Assembly (NCBI RefSeq): GCF_006345805.1
Contig: NC_042998.1
Location: forward strand, 191,766,001 to 191,830,000
Origin: Octopus sinensis
Lineage: Eukaryota
DNA: 64,000 nucleotides
Direction: 5' to 3'
This document shows positions 14,672 through 27,925 of the stretch, one piece after another (position 1 is the stretch's first letter; every line of letters begins with the position of its first letter). The position numbers and the translations under genes were made by a program. The notes below the pieces were generated by a model that was not told where the DNA came from, made no database searches, and was given only the letters and a program-made list of their open reading frames with translations.

Positions 14672-14818
14672 TTACGAAAATTGTGTTTTACACACTATAT
14701 TAGAAGAGACAAGAGGCAAGAAGTGAGGTCACTTACTCATTTTAAAAGTTTCATTTTTTTCTTCTTCTTCTTTTGTATCGTTTTTGATGAGGTGTTTGTA
14801 TAGTTTTTTCGACAGGTA

Positions 14819-16575
14819 TCATTGATACCCGCCTACCGCATTCGGAAATATTGTTTTCAGTATGTGGTGTTGTACTTGTGTTATGTGTAAAATTCTGATG
14901 TGTTTCGGTGGTGTGGTGTGCGGATGATTGTTTGTCTTAAAGTCATCTTCACAGAAGACCATATTAGATTTGATGTAGTCCATTAATTCTTTATTGTCTG
15001 TGTCTATTGCAGTTAGTTGTGTGTGTGGTTTTACGGGTTCATTACTTTTTTGATTGTCTAGGGGGATGTTGTCCTGAGTTAGATATCTCCCTGCTTTACT
15101 TCCTTGTTTGGTGGATTTTTTGGATCTTTTTCTTTTACCCCCTGTGGCTATTTGCCATTCCGTCGAACTTTCGTCGTCCGACGTATCAGTATGGGGTAGA
15201 GGCAAAACATTTGCATTACTATGTATGCTTGTATAAATTGTTGATGTTTTGTGCGGTGTTTGTGTTGTTGTGGTGTTAGGGGTAGCATTTGTCTTCTCGT
15301 CAGTGTTTTCTGTCTTTTTAATTGTCGTCCTGGGTGTGGGTGTGGGTCTATTTATTGGTTGTGACGTCAACGGTGATTGTGTTGGTACTGCTTTTCTTGG
15401 TGATGTTGTTGGGGTTTGTTTGCTGGTTTGTTGTTTTTCTTGGCACTGTTCCATAATTGAGTGTGTTGGTGTTGGTGTTGGCAACAAAGGGATTTTATTT
15501 GTTTTCTGATTTGTTCTTTCTTGTTTTTTCTGTACCAGATCGCACTTGGCAATCAAATGTTCGGGGCTGCCACATTTGTAGCATCTAGGCTTTTTGCCTT
15601 CTGCCATAACATATAGGCATTGCCCATTCTCCAAGTGTATCTTGTCGGGTAGGCTCTCGATAGAGGCCCCCTCAATCTGGATGGTCACTACTACTGTTTT
15701 TCCACCCCAATTGTCGTTTAGGTACACGGCTGTTTCTAAAATATTGATCTTTTTCAAATGGTAACAGATTGCCCCTGTTATCCATTTGTTCGGCATATCG
15801 GGGGTACATTTCTGATAGTAATTCTACTCACTCTCTGGTTTTTATAATAAGGGACCATGATGATTTCATCATTTCCCAGAGACTCAGTAGAGTGAGCTTT
15901 TGCCACTTCCTGGTTAGGGAAGCGGACCACTACTGTGTTAAACTGGGGACCCCAGTTTATATACTCTTTTTCTTTCATTATGTTTTTTAAACATTTTTCC
16001 ACATCAGTTTTTGTAATCTGTTCATTTGGTTTTGTGTTTTTTCTAATAATTTTATATACAATTGTCTTATTTTCTATTTCTTGTTTTATATATATTTCTT
16101 GTCCACGGGTTGTAAAGAGAGCTCTTGTTTCTATGAGCTCTTCATTTGTGAATGTTACTATTTCTTTCTTCTGGCGAAGAATGTCTGCGAAATTTACTGA
16201 TGTTGATTTTTTTGTATTAACATCTTCACTATTAGATAGTTCATTTTTATTGTTGTTCGTGTTGTTGCTGTTGTTTTTGTCAATAGTTTTCGTTTCAGTT
16301 TTATTTTTATCATTTATGTTGGTCGTGGTAGTGGTGGTGGTGGTGGTGGAGGTGGTGGTGGTAGCAGTTTTTGTCTCGTGGTTGCTGTTGTTAGTGGTGG
16401 TGGTGGCGGTGGTGACAGGGCCGTTACCGCACGTGGTTGCAGCGTTCATTTCACCGATATTTATGTTTGCATTTTCCGTGCGACCGTTCTTTTTTTTCTC
16501 TATCGTTTCCAGACTAGGAAAATGCTGTTCCATAAAAGAACGCGACCAGCGTTCAACAATAAAATTTCTAGACAT
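14819..16575 (-). pseudogene. LINE ORF1 (gag-like, CX2CX4HX4C zinc knuckle, Thr/Asn-rich low-complexity regions), ~585 aa when repaired
   Basis: ORFs 15778..16575 and 14819..15796 join at RNVPP/DMPNKW by one -1 shift in a C run; contains RCYKCGSPEHLIAKC. Confidence 0.82.
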
Positions 16576-16775
16576 TTTCTAATGTCGAGAAGAAAATTAC
16601 AGAAATGAAATGGGGTCGAAACTGCCCCTAGGGGCGAATTCCTCCCTTGGAAAAGCACTCAAACGAAAGTTGGTTGCCTTACACACCTTATTTACAAAAA
16701 TGTACAAAAAAATTGGGCTATAAATAGTCAAAATAAACAATTACCTTCGGAGCTGAACTGACATCACATCCGTCA

Positions 16776-16776
<1 letters not shown>

Positions 16777-16870
<94 letters not shown>
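16777..16870. repeat. (GATA)n microsatellite at the LINE 5' junction; one example of the many (TA)n, (CA)n, (TACA)n, (GATA)n and (TGGA)n tracts in the window
   Basis: Direct reading of the sequence. Confidence 0.97.
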
Positions 16871-16871
<1 letters not shown>

Positions 16872-17041
16872 ACAGAAAGTTAGTGTCGAAGTTAATTTCA
16901 AAGCTATTCACACACCATACATGGTTTATATATGAATATTATACAAACATCTCACCTCTTTATCTTTCTATGTCAGTCTCTGTCTGTCTCTTTCCCTATC
17001 TACAGCTCTCTCTCTCTCTCTTTCTGTCTGTTTATCTCTCT

Positions 17042-17076
<35 letters not shown>

Positions 17077-17086
17077 TTCTGTCTGT

Positions 17087-17131
<45 letters not shown>

Positions 17132-18773
17132 AGTAGACAATATTCGCTTTACAGAGACAATCATCTTATTTATCTGCTGCATTTATTTACTCCCACTTTC
17201 ACACTTTTCGATCAAGTATTTTACGATTGACGTTTTAGAGAAAAACCAACCTTTTTTCCTGAAATGAAATTTTATATACGTTTCTTATCCATGTAGATAT
17301 TATAGTGGTTAAGAAATATTAAAGAAACCCACACACTACCAATATGCAAGAGTTTCTGATAAACATATATTACTATTTTACGATCCATCAATTAAATAAT
17401 TAAGCAATTAATTTGTAATTAAGATAGGATTGAACGAATATTGCATCGTAAATATTTTTAAACTGAGTCTAGAAATCGATACAGAGTATGCAATGAAAAA
17501 GAAATAGAAAAATCAAAGAGAGAATGAAATATAATTAGTAATTAATCAAGACGTTTACAAGGAGCTATAGGTTAAATTCTCATCTAACACTCGATTGGCT
17601 TTCATTTTCCCTTGAGTCTTCTTTGTCTATTTCTATACTTGGTTTAAAAATATAACAAATGCATTATGTAATTAATGCCTAAGCGTTTACAGCTATTTTC
17701 TTAAATATGTTACGCATTAAAATTTGTATAAAGAGCATATACGCTTATGACATCTAAAACTGATCAGAAACCCACTTTTTCAGCTTTCCCTTATTTGAAA
17801 CACAAGTAAAGGGGATTCGCTGCAGAAATGTTTGATATACCTGGTGATAACATTCAAATCTCTGAAAAAGCATACTCTACTGTCTAACTAAAAAAAAATT
17901 AACTTTTGGCTGATAGGCACCACATTTATACCGCCAACATGTCAGCATGTCCATAATGGAAAGTTTTTGTCTCAAAGACTTCCTTATTACGGTGTACACT
18001 TAGGTTCAATACTTCAGTAGAGTAACAATCATTATCACTATAAATCAAATATTTATTCCAACTCCATTGAAAAGCTGTCAATGTTCGAACTTAATGAGAA
18101 ACGAGTCTTTTATTTTTATTCACCAAATTTAGTGTATGATTCTACAGTACAAAATATGATATTTAATAAGTAAATATGTGAAATGTGTGTGTGTGTGTGT
18201 CTGTGTGTGTGTGTGTTTATAGTTACATATAAAAAAGACAACCAATTATCATGTCAAATATTCTTTCTTCCTTATCTCTCTCTTCCTATATTCAATGATG
18301 ACACATGACACTTAAATGGCTGCTTTCGAAAGTCTCTGATGATTCCTTCTATATGTATGTATGTAAGTACGGATATATGTACGTAATGAGTACCATTTAT
18401 GCAAGCAGTACATATTACATATGGATGTATGGATGCGTGTATGTGCTTATATTTACGTAATCCGTTCGTGGGTATATTAAGTAAAATATATATAGCTTTC
18501 TAATCCTGTATACTTTTTCATTTAGATTGCTATTCTAAATTAAAATACAGATTTTTTTCACTTACAGATTTGAATTTCACTTACATGTTTGACTAAATAT
18601 ACATTAAATATATTGTAGACCAAAAAGTTACAAAGGAGGCTGAAAGTTTAGTAAGTTTTTCTTAATCACCTGCATTTTGCAATTTGCAGTATGTAATTTT
18701 TCACTCGTAACCTACGTATCCATACTTGTGTCTGAGTGTATGCGCTTGTGTGCGTATATGTCTGTGTACATGT

Positions 18774-18805
<32 letters not shown>

Positions 18806-19249
18806 ATGCATAATTTAATAAGTCGTAAATTCGGCTCCATCCATCTTAAGGCTTCGTAGGCTCTTCAAATAAACCTAACTCATCAGGTCTGTAACCTGAC
18901 TGAAGTGAAGTGCAAGATGGCTTCTGCGTATTATGCTGCTTTTGGTTAACGTAACTCACATGATAGTATCAATTTCGTAGCGAATTTCAGTTCACATTTT
19001 GAATTCTCAGGACCACGTGCAAGGAGAGGATGTTGATGAACTTTAATCTAGGAAGAAAAAGCCCAATTTGTTAGCGACATTAGTTCGGTAGTGTGTGACT
19101 GATATGAGAATGTGTTACGTGTTACTCTGGTACGTGTGTACGTGGGTGTACGCCTGGTGTGCGCGCGCACATATACATATAATAATTTGTGTGTTTGTGT
19201 TTGGGTTTGTGTGTGTGTGTGCGTGCTTGCGTGCGTGTGTTATTGATAA

Positions 19250-20780
19250 TACCTAGAGGGTGCTTCGTTTTTACCAAACTGACTGGAGCTCTGGCCAGGA
19301 GTAACTGATATTATCAGATGGTATTTCGACCCTGCAGCGTAACACCCTCTTTTGGGAGCGTCAGCGGTAGTGGCCGAATCATTGTTCATTATCTCCTCTT
19401 GGCTTCCAGGTTACCCCCCTCTTTCTCCATAACTAGCAAAATGTTCTTTCTGCTGTCTCTTTTATCTTTCACGCAGCCATCGTTCGTTATTTTCCTCTCA
19501 TTCCATTGGCTGTAAGCATCCTCCATACTGAATGGACAGGGAATCCCCTAGAGCCAACTTCGACTGACGAAAACTATGACTGCAATCCCTTCTTGCAATC
19601 CTGCAGAAGGCTCTCGTAATTGGCACACTTTATTTTGTGGTCCTGATACACTCTCCTTCCCACACGACCCTAAACTCGATTAAGGTTATTTTTCTTGCGT
19701 CTTCAGGCCAGAGAATTACATCTGGACTCAGGGATGCATAGACGACCTTGGAAAACTGCTGCCTTTCCCCCACGTCCACCTTCATATACCATAATCGGGC
19801 TCCATGTAGTAACATATTTCTCCTTTTTGATGACTTCAATGACATTTCTCCATTCACAAACTTGATTGTTCCTGTTGCTTTCCCCTGATTGTGTTTGTTG
19901 GCCCTTTCCTGGTTGGGGGTGTGAGCAAGTGTCACAAGCACCTTGTCATGGCGCCACTTGTATCTCCCTTGAGTAAGTGCTATTTTGCACTATGATAAGC
20001 TGTGTGCCAGGGTGCACCTTTTTGCATAATATACACAGCTTGTTCCCTTTCAAAACCAATTTGTGCAGCGCTCGCAGTAGGAAGGAGATACAGAAAAGTT
20101 CAAGTCTCCACAGGTTTCTCCATGTGATTTTCCCCTTAGGAAGATTCCTTTTCCTCCAGGGTCCCTGAGATACAGCTCTACAGCTTTTAACCTTCTTTCT
20201 TCCTCCTGCTTCCGTACTTCTTCCTGGATCATGGCCCTCCTCCCTTTGATATTCGTCTACGATAATAATTACTGATTAATACGTCTGCTCAGATGTTCTC
20301 TTCTTCGCCAGGAGCTCTCTTATACTGCTTATTGAGAGTTTTGATTTCTCTCCTCAGGTCATGTATCACTCTTTCTCTTCTGCTATGCTCCTTTTCAATT
20401 TTCCTGGTAACTTGTCTTCCTTCTGTTCCGAAGCGATCTTTCTCCAAATTGAAGGTCATAGCAACAAGAGTACTTGCTAACATGCACTCTAATATTAGGT
20501 CGACGTATTGGTCTAGTTGTTGCCATTCTTTCGCTTCATTCATCTTGGACCGACAATTTGATTCGATCCCTAGCAGTTGGGATTGCACCACACCCTAGGG
20601 TGGTATCAGGTGGGTTGTTCCTCCATAAAAGTTGAGGTGACGCAGGTGCCGAGAGACTTCAAAATCCGGTAGGTGCTCTCTGTCCGGAGTTCTCTTGTGC
20701 CTCACTGGGTACAATCACTGTGCACTGCAGCTGCTGTGGATGTCTATTCTAGTCAGACCTGGCTCGGTGTACCTTGATCT
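19250..20780 (-). mobile_element. Hero-like RLE non-LTR retrotransposon remnant lacking the RT domain
   Basis: N-terminal EWQQLDQYVDLIL...DRFG...RRERVIHDLRREI; then MIQEEVRKQEEERRLKAV, ALTQGRYKWRHDKVL and the RLE motif SPDVILW...LIEFRVVWE; no RT motifs in between. Confidence 0.75.
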
Positions 20781-20956
20781 TCCAGAGCTTTCTACAGATA
20801 TATTTTACTAACAATACCTACGCAGTTAAATCCGTTTGTAGGGGTAGTCTCTATATCTATAAATCATTCGTGATCTTCATTATTGAATCCGTCCTGTTGA
20901 GATTCTCATCGTCCCTACCTTTCTGGAGGTTCTGGAGGTGTCGCTTGTATACATAT

Positions 20957-20989
<33 letters not shown>

Positions 20990-21028
20990 GTAGGTCCCCG
21001 GTTGAGTCGGGGTTAACCACAGTAAATA

Positions 21029-21079
21029 AGCTTCCTGATGATTTCATTTGAATGAAAAAGTTCTAGTCCTGTAGAAGCT
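21029..21079 (+). ncRNA. Partly decayed type-I hammerhead motif
   Basis: AGCTTC-CTGATGA-t-TTCA[tt]TGAA-t-GAAA-aAG[ttctagtc]CTG-TA-GAAGCT; perfect 6-bp stem I. Confidence 0.45.
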
Positions 21080-21087
21080 CCTTCTAT

Positions 21088-21142
<55 letters not shown>

Positions 21143-21982
21143 TATATACATGTATGCATGTATGTGTGTATGTATGTATGTATGTATGTATGGATGGATG
21201 GATGGATGGATGATGGATGGATGGATGGATGGATGGATGGATGGATGGATGGATGGATGGATGGATGTCTCTTTTTTTTTTGCTTATGGTACATTCTTCC
21301 ACCAAAAAGGGAGCCGGTTCCCAACAAAGATACAAGGCTCCATCTTTTGAATATAGTTAACACAGACAAATTCACATTTGAAACTTGAGAAAAGTCTTGC
21401 ATATTTTTATTGTTCCACTTACAGATTGCGCTTGTAATGGACGAATTAGCCGGTCGATTTCTGTTTCAAAAAATCCAAGTTTATCGAGATTCTCTTTTAA
21501 GCATCTACTAACAAAACCTAGTGCACCAATTATTATTGGTATGAATATAAATTCCTAGTTTGGATATAGAATCTGGAGGTTTTGAAGCAGCTGTCCATAG
21601 ATATCCTTTTTTATCATGATTTTCAAAGAGATATTTATATCTGCAGGGCAACTGAACTCTATGACGGTACATACCTTTGCCCGTAAACAAATTATTTATA
21701 TCTTCGTGACTTTTGGGCTGTCCAATGAAATTCCACATACACCAGTTACTGACGTCACATAATTCCAAACCAATCGAAACCGAACTGCAACAAATACAAC
21801 AAAAAGACCCTTTAAGAAAACCAACCAGCCTGAGCGACCTATAACCCTATACTGCAAATAAACCAACTAAGCAGAACGACAAGCTTGACCACAGAAGAAA
21901 AACGTCATCAATTTTTTAACGAATCAAAATCAGATCCGCTCGCAGAAAAAAATTTATATATACATCTTTCCCTAAACATACC

Positions 21983-22396
21983 TATTTCTTTACTACCCAC
22001 AAGGGGCTAAACACAGATGAGACAAACAAGGACAGACAGACGGATTAAGTCGATTATATCGACCCCAGTGCGTAACTGGTCCTTGATTTATCGACCCCGA
22101 AAGGATGAAAGTCAAAGTCGACCTCGGCGGAATTTGAACTCAAAACGTAGCGGCAGACGAATACTATTCCTTTACTACCCACAAGGGGGCTAAGCACAGA
22201 GGGGACAAACAAGGACAGACACACGGATTAAGTCGATTACATCGATCCCAGTGCGTAACTGGTACTTAATTTGACCTCGAAAGGATGAAAGACAAAGGCG
22301 ACTTCGACGGAATTTGATCTCAAAACGTAGCGGCAGACGAAATACGGCTAAGCATTTTGCCCGGCGTGCTAACGTTTCTGCCAGCTCACAGCTATA
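21983..22396 (-). mobile_element. Tandem SINE dimer (family B) with 16-bp target-site duplication
   Basis: Full copy ~22,165-22,392 plus 5'-truncated copy 21,983-22,164; TTTCCCTAAACATACC at 21,967-21,982 and 22,397-22,412. Confidence 0.85.
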
Positions 22397-22838
22397 TTTC
22401 CCTAAACATACCATTACATGCGGAACCGACTATTTAGTGATCTGAGAAACCGTAATTTCCCCCTTTTGATTACTATTTCAATTCTCATAGATTTTTTTCA
22501 GTATGACTTTCGACCACCACCGAAATTAATGAACCTCGTACATTCTAACAAATTAATATACAGTATTAATTTCAAACTTACACCTTCTGTTTTGAACGTG
22601 ATAATTCATCAACATTGAAATATTTTAATTTAATTTTGATTTGTCCACAATGAAACTTATAACGATGTTTTTTTACACTTTTGCCATTGAAAAACAAAAA
22701 ATATTGTTGAAACTAGTTTGATACATATGTAAATAAATGTATTTTAAACATTCACAAGGTTTTGAAATTTAAGTGCATTTTCAGCAACACATTTTCCTAC
22801 ATATTTTCTTCTGCGTGGAAACATACCAATATATATAT

Positions 22839-22876
<38 letters not shown>

Positions 22877-22969
22877 AAGGCAAAGTTTACGAAATTAAAC
22901 AAAAGACGAAGGCAGGTGGTGTACAAACAAACAGATGTATTAGTATAGCGCTCAGAAATAGAAGAAGTA

Positions 22970-23003
22970 TTTTATGTTTCGAGCCTACGCTCTTCTACAG
23001 AAA
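22970..23003 (-). ncRNA. Decayed hammerhead motif, related to the 41,952 family
   Basis: ttt-CTGTAGA-a-GAGC[gtag]GCTC-GAAA-CA-TA-aaa; A6 replaced by U, stem III probably CpG-decayed. Confidence 0.4.
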
Positions 23004-23076
23004 GATACACAGAAAAAACAAGAAGAGAAACAAGGAGAGAAAAAATGTGTGTAGTAGCTAACGATCTATCATGGCG

Positions 23077-23142
<66 letters not shown>

Positions 23143-23789
23143 ACTCAAAAGTCTTTAGTCCGCACGAAACTCTAGCAGAATATACTTGTCCGACGTACTG
23201 CACTCACTCGAATCCATGTATATGGGAAGCAAGCTCCTTACCACAGAGCTATGCGTGCGCCTATATGTACAAGAAGAAATTTTAAGCTCATCGAAATTAA
23301 ATATATAAGAAACTTGACTGCTGATATGTAATTAAAGTATATGATGAAATTATACGATAAAATCACGATAAAATTATTCGATAATAGAATATATATTCAA
23401 TACTTATATGATTTATACATTTCAGTAAAATGATCGTTGTAGGAATGTAATAGATCATATTTTATATTACGTTGGCCATATGTAATTTTATAAGATTTTT
23501 ACAGCAATTACTCATATAAAAACAAATTACGTTTTCTGATATGTAGGATAAAATTCCAAATACAGACGTGTAAAACTCCAATGTATGATTCATATATAAA
23601 ATTTAAGATATGGTATTCATGTATAATTTAGTTGTACGTGAAATAAAATTAGCTATTGCATCGAAAAGATATTCGACGGAATAAAAATGCGGTAGAGATC
23701 TCAGAGCTTGTGATGTCATACGAAATGTGTGGAGGGTAGTGTCTAGGTAGAGGAAATATACATACAATATATATACGTATGTGTATGTG

Positions 23790-24007
23790 TGGGGTTTCAG
23801 TGTCTGTCCCCCCTACCACTTGACAACTGATGCTGTTTTGTTTATGTCCCCATAACTTAGCGGTTCGATGAAAAGACACCGATAAAATAAGTACCAGACT
23901 TAAAGAAAAATTAGTTAATGAGGTCGATTCATTCGACTAAAAGTCTTCCAAGGCTGTGCCCCAGTATGGCCGCAGTCTAATGACTGAAACAAGTATGAGA
24001 TAAAAGA
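23790..24007 (+). mobile_element. SINE 3' half (family A)
   Basis: cttgacaactgatgctg...acttagcggttcg...ataagtacc...gaggtcgattcattcgact...atggccgcagtctaatgactgaaacaag. Confidence 0.6.
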
Positions 24008-24046
24008 TTATATATATATATATACATACGCACACATATCCATTTA

Positions 24047-24358
<312 letters not shown>

Positions 24359-24814
24359 TGAACTTTTTCTGATTTTTCAGATTTTTTATGTGCTAGGCTA
24401 CTGGTTTTAATTTGATATTAATTAAATAAATTTATCTCCCTCAGTAAGGTTTTGCTGTGAGTGGGATTCTCAGGGACCCTCTCCATTGTGTCCTATCAGA
24501 TGCAACCGTCCTCAGACTTTCCGGCTGGATTCTTAAGCATCACAAACTGAGTCTATGGATATTATCTCGCTTTTTGTTTTTCTCCTAGGTCTCCTGATAG
24601 TTGGCTCACCTTGAAAATTCAGTCTTTCGATTCTCTCCCACTGTATTCTAATCACATTTCCTTTCTACTGGTGCTGTGACCACTCGATGTGGACAAGTAG
24701 CGCCTCAACTTAAAGAGACACCTTGACCTCCGAACTACGTAATTCTCTCTCTCTCTTTCTCTTCATATATATGTGTGTGTATGTGCATACTGAGATAATA
24801 ATACACTCCCACCC

Positions 24815-24850
<36 letters not shown>

Positions 24851-27689
24851 ATATGTATGTATGTAGTATGTATGTATGTATGTATGTATGTATGTATGTA
24901 TGTATGTATGTATGTATGTATGTATATGTATATATATGCATACAAACACGTAAGCATATATACTGGAAATTGCTTGGAAATTGCTGCACATTTTTCGCTT
25001 TCATCTGCCAACTTCCACACACAAAGCATCCGACTTACCTTCTGAAACTGTGGTACAAGCCCATTACTGACTTAGTTTCGCAATGGCAACGAACTCGGAA
25101 ACATTTAATTGCGAAAACACAATACCTTTGCCGCATTGACTTAATGGCAAATGTACATCATGATCAGGAATTTAGACCCGTTGGTTCAGTTATTATACCC
25201 TTTACCCTTCGTGAAAACGTTTGATATGACCCGTCAAAATTTAAATACCGATGGATTACACTCTAAACCTTCTCTGACAAGATTTAACAATCTGTTAATA
25301 GAAATGGCGGATGTATTATCTTGCACTTCACTATACTACTTATTTGAATTGAATTCTTTCTGGAAATTTGAGAATCTCTCTTGGTCGTATTTGAACTTAG
25401 AACTAAGAAAAATAAATATATCCAGGTCTGAACTCTTGCTTCCTGCCTTCTGCACCGACTTCATCAACCTCACGTTATACAAACCATACTTGGTTGATAG
25501 ATAAAATCATATAAATCAAGATAAAGAAATAAAAATACGTGACATAAAAATACAATTTTGTTTTTCAAAGCAATTATAACTGTGTATCTTGTTTAAAATC
25601 CGTTACATCGATTCATTTATTTCTTTTTCATTATTCTTCGTTTTACGTCTTTCTTTTCACAGATAGCCCTTTCGCTTCAATTTGAGACTTATTTTATTAA
25701 TGAAAATTTCAATATATTCTATATTTTTTCAGTCTCGTGTTAAATTTAATTTCAGGCAGTTTTGTAGTTATGCTTCTTCTTTATATTTTTAATTTAATTT
25801 CACATATGTATTTGTCTCCATAAGCAAAACTCAACATCGATTTCTACAATTAACGTATATACGAGTTTTTGTTATCACGTATCTAATTAGCTGTTGCAAA
25901 TAACCGCCATAATTCCAAATGTATCTTGACAATCTAATCCCAGAAGGCGTACACCTTCAATGTTTCATGTTTAGTGTGCAAGTTTTCTTCAAATATGAAT
26001 TTTAACACAAAACATAAAACTCATCATCAGCTGATTAGCAAATCATATATTCATGGATAGCTATTTAGGTTTTACACTTTATCAGAAACTGATACTGTGA
26101 AAATAATATTGATTACTTTAAACTGATCACAAGGCCATACGTTGCTACTAACCATAATATTTGATTGTATTGATACCAGTTTATTACTGGTTTTCTTACT
26201 ACTGACCACAAAACGGTGATAAATAAGACCAACAATAACATATTACAATTCAATTTAAGGCAAGTGATGTTGTTTTAACCAATTTTTGTGAAACTTGAAA
26301 CATATTTTGCAATATATTCAAAAGATAGGTTTGCAAGGGTGAATTTTTATATTATCAAAATTAACAAATGACAATGAAATTATAAAGGGTGAAAATCTTT
26401 GATGTCATAAGTACTGGAAGATAAAAGTGTGAAGCTTTAAGGGATTAGTGTTCATTATGTATGTATGAAATGTTTGAAATAAATTACTGTAAGTTTTACT
26501 AAGAGAAATGTCACAATATAAAGAACAATACATAGCAGCACGCAATAACTGAATCTAGCGGAGGTTCAAAAATTTATGTGACTTTCGTAGCTTCAAATTA
26601 CGCATACTTTTGCACACCAACTCTGCACCCAACTCAGAAAAAATAGAAAACCCCACATGCAAACTGTTATTAGACAAATACGGTTGACTAGCTTGGTAAA
26701 CAGAAAAATATCTCAAATATTTTCAAATGTACGTTCATATGTAATTGTGTATATAATATAAGTAGAGAAAAGTAACAGAAAGTTCGAAAAAAGCTTCATC
26801 TGTTTGACCGAGTCGCTGTGTAGATATTTTATGAAGATAGACAAGGCAAGGCGATTTTTCATGAATTTTGATATATTTAGTTAATGCACCTTTATCATGC
26901 TAGTCCTCAATCTTATATGAATCTTCAAATTGGATAGGTCCTTAATTCCTTCGTTATCTTCTCGACTACAGGATTGACGAAAACAGACATACTGGGGGTT
27001 TGTTATCAAATAATTCAGCTTCTCAAACTAAAGGCCTGTTCATGTGGTGCTGAAAGATCATTTATAAAGCGTCACTTATAAGGTGACAGGCAGAACAAAA
27101 CTTTATGCGGAAAGAGGTACATCTTTGGATTCTTGGATTAATGTCACGTTTTCCAAGCGATACAAATGTGATGCTCACACTACTCATTTTCAGTGGAGTG
27201 TGGCTAAGCTGCTAGATAGGGCTTCTCTTCATGCATTTAAATGCGAAGAACATGACGCAAAATCTTTCATTCCACCGGTCATATCTATGTAGACCGGAAA
27301 TAGATATTCCTAAGATCAATTGAGAAATGACAGTCGATGAAAAAATGTTGCAAAAAGAGAAAGGTAATAGAGAAGGGGAATATTCAACAACATAAATCAA
27401 TATTTATAACTTAAGAACGAAAATCAAGAATCCTTAAAATCAATGCTTGCGTGTCAAAGGAACGTATAGCTCTGATGAGTTCATATGGGTTAGGATGATA
27501 GTATCATGGCTTTAACCTTTGGCTTATGTAGCATCAAGAAACAGCACACTTTATGTTGCCTACCAATACAAAAGATTTCGGACCCGGGCGTCAATCTTCT
27601 AAATTCAGAGATGATAATGGCAGAAAAGCCATGTCGTAGTGCATCTGGATAGAATAAAATGATCCCTTCGATATCAAATAACCTAACAT

Positions 27690-27925
27690 AACTATTTCTT
27701 TATTACCCACAAGGGGCTAAACACAGAGAGGACAAACAAGGACAGACATAGATATTAAGTCGATTATATCGACCCCAGTGCGTAACTGGTACTTAATTTA
27801 TCGACTCCGAAAGGATGAAAGGCAAAGTCGACCTCGGCGGAATTTGAACTTACAACGTAACGCAGACGAAATATCGCTAAGCATTTCGCCCGGCGTGCTA
27901 AAGTTTCTGCCAGCCTGCCGCCTTG
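27690..27925 (-). mobile_element. SINE (family B)
   Basis: Same sequence as the 22-kb copies (cccacaaggggctaaacacaga...gtcgacctcggcggaatttgaact...gcccggcgtgcta...ctgccagc). Confidence 0.8.

Larger units (their letters stand above)
10917..16776 (-). mobile_element. Near full-length L1/Tx1-clade non-LTR retrotransposon (~5.86 kb)
   Basis: ~200-bp 5'UTR, ORF1 with zinc knuckle, ORF2 with APE, RT and C-terminal cysteine motif, 3'UTR ending AATAAAAAGT; (GATA)n on both sides (10,871-10,916 and 16,777-16,870). Confidence 0.92.

Noticed and set aside
11878-16582. Plus-strand ORFs overlapping the LINE (e.g. 12253..12729, 15935..16582)
   Set aside because: Antisense shadows of the GC-rich or low-complexity LINE ORFs, with no recognisable motifs.
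18850-18890. Minus-strand CTGATGA-GTTAGG...CCTAC-GAAG hammerhead-like string
   Set aside because: GAAA is broken, stem II is bulged and stem I does not form; too degenerate to call.
25151-25504. 117-aa Leu-rich ORF that superficially resembles an LRR
   Set aside because: No regular LxxLxLxxN periodicity and no supporting splice or start context; nearby tgacccg motifs suggest a DNA-transposon remnant.
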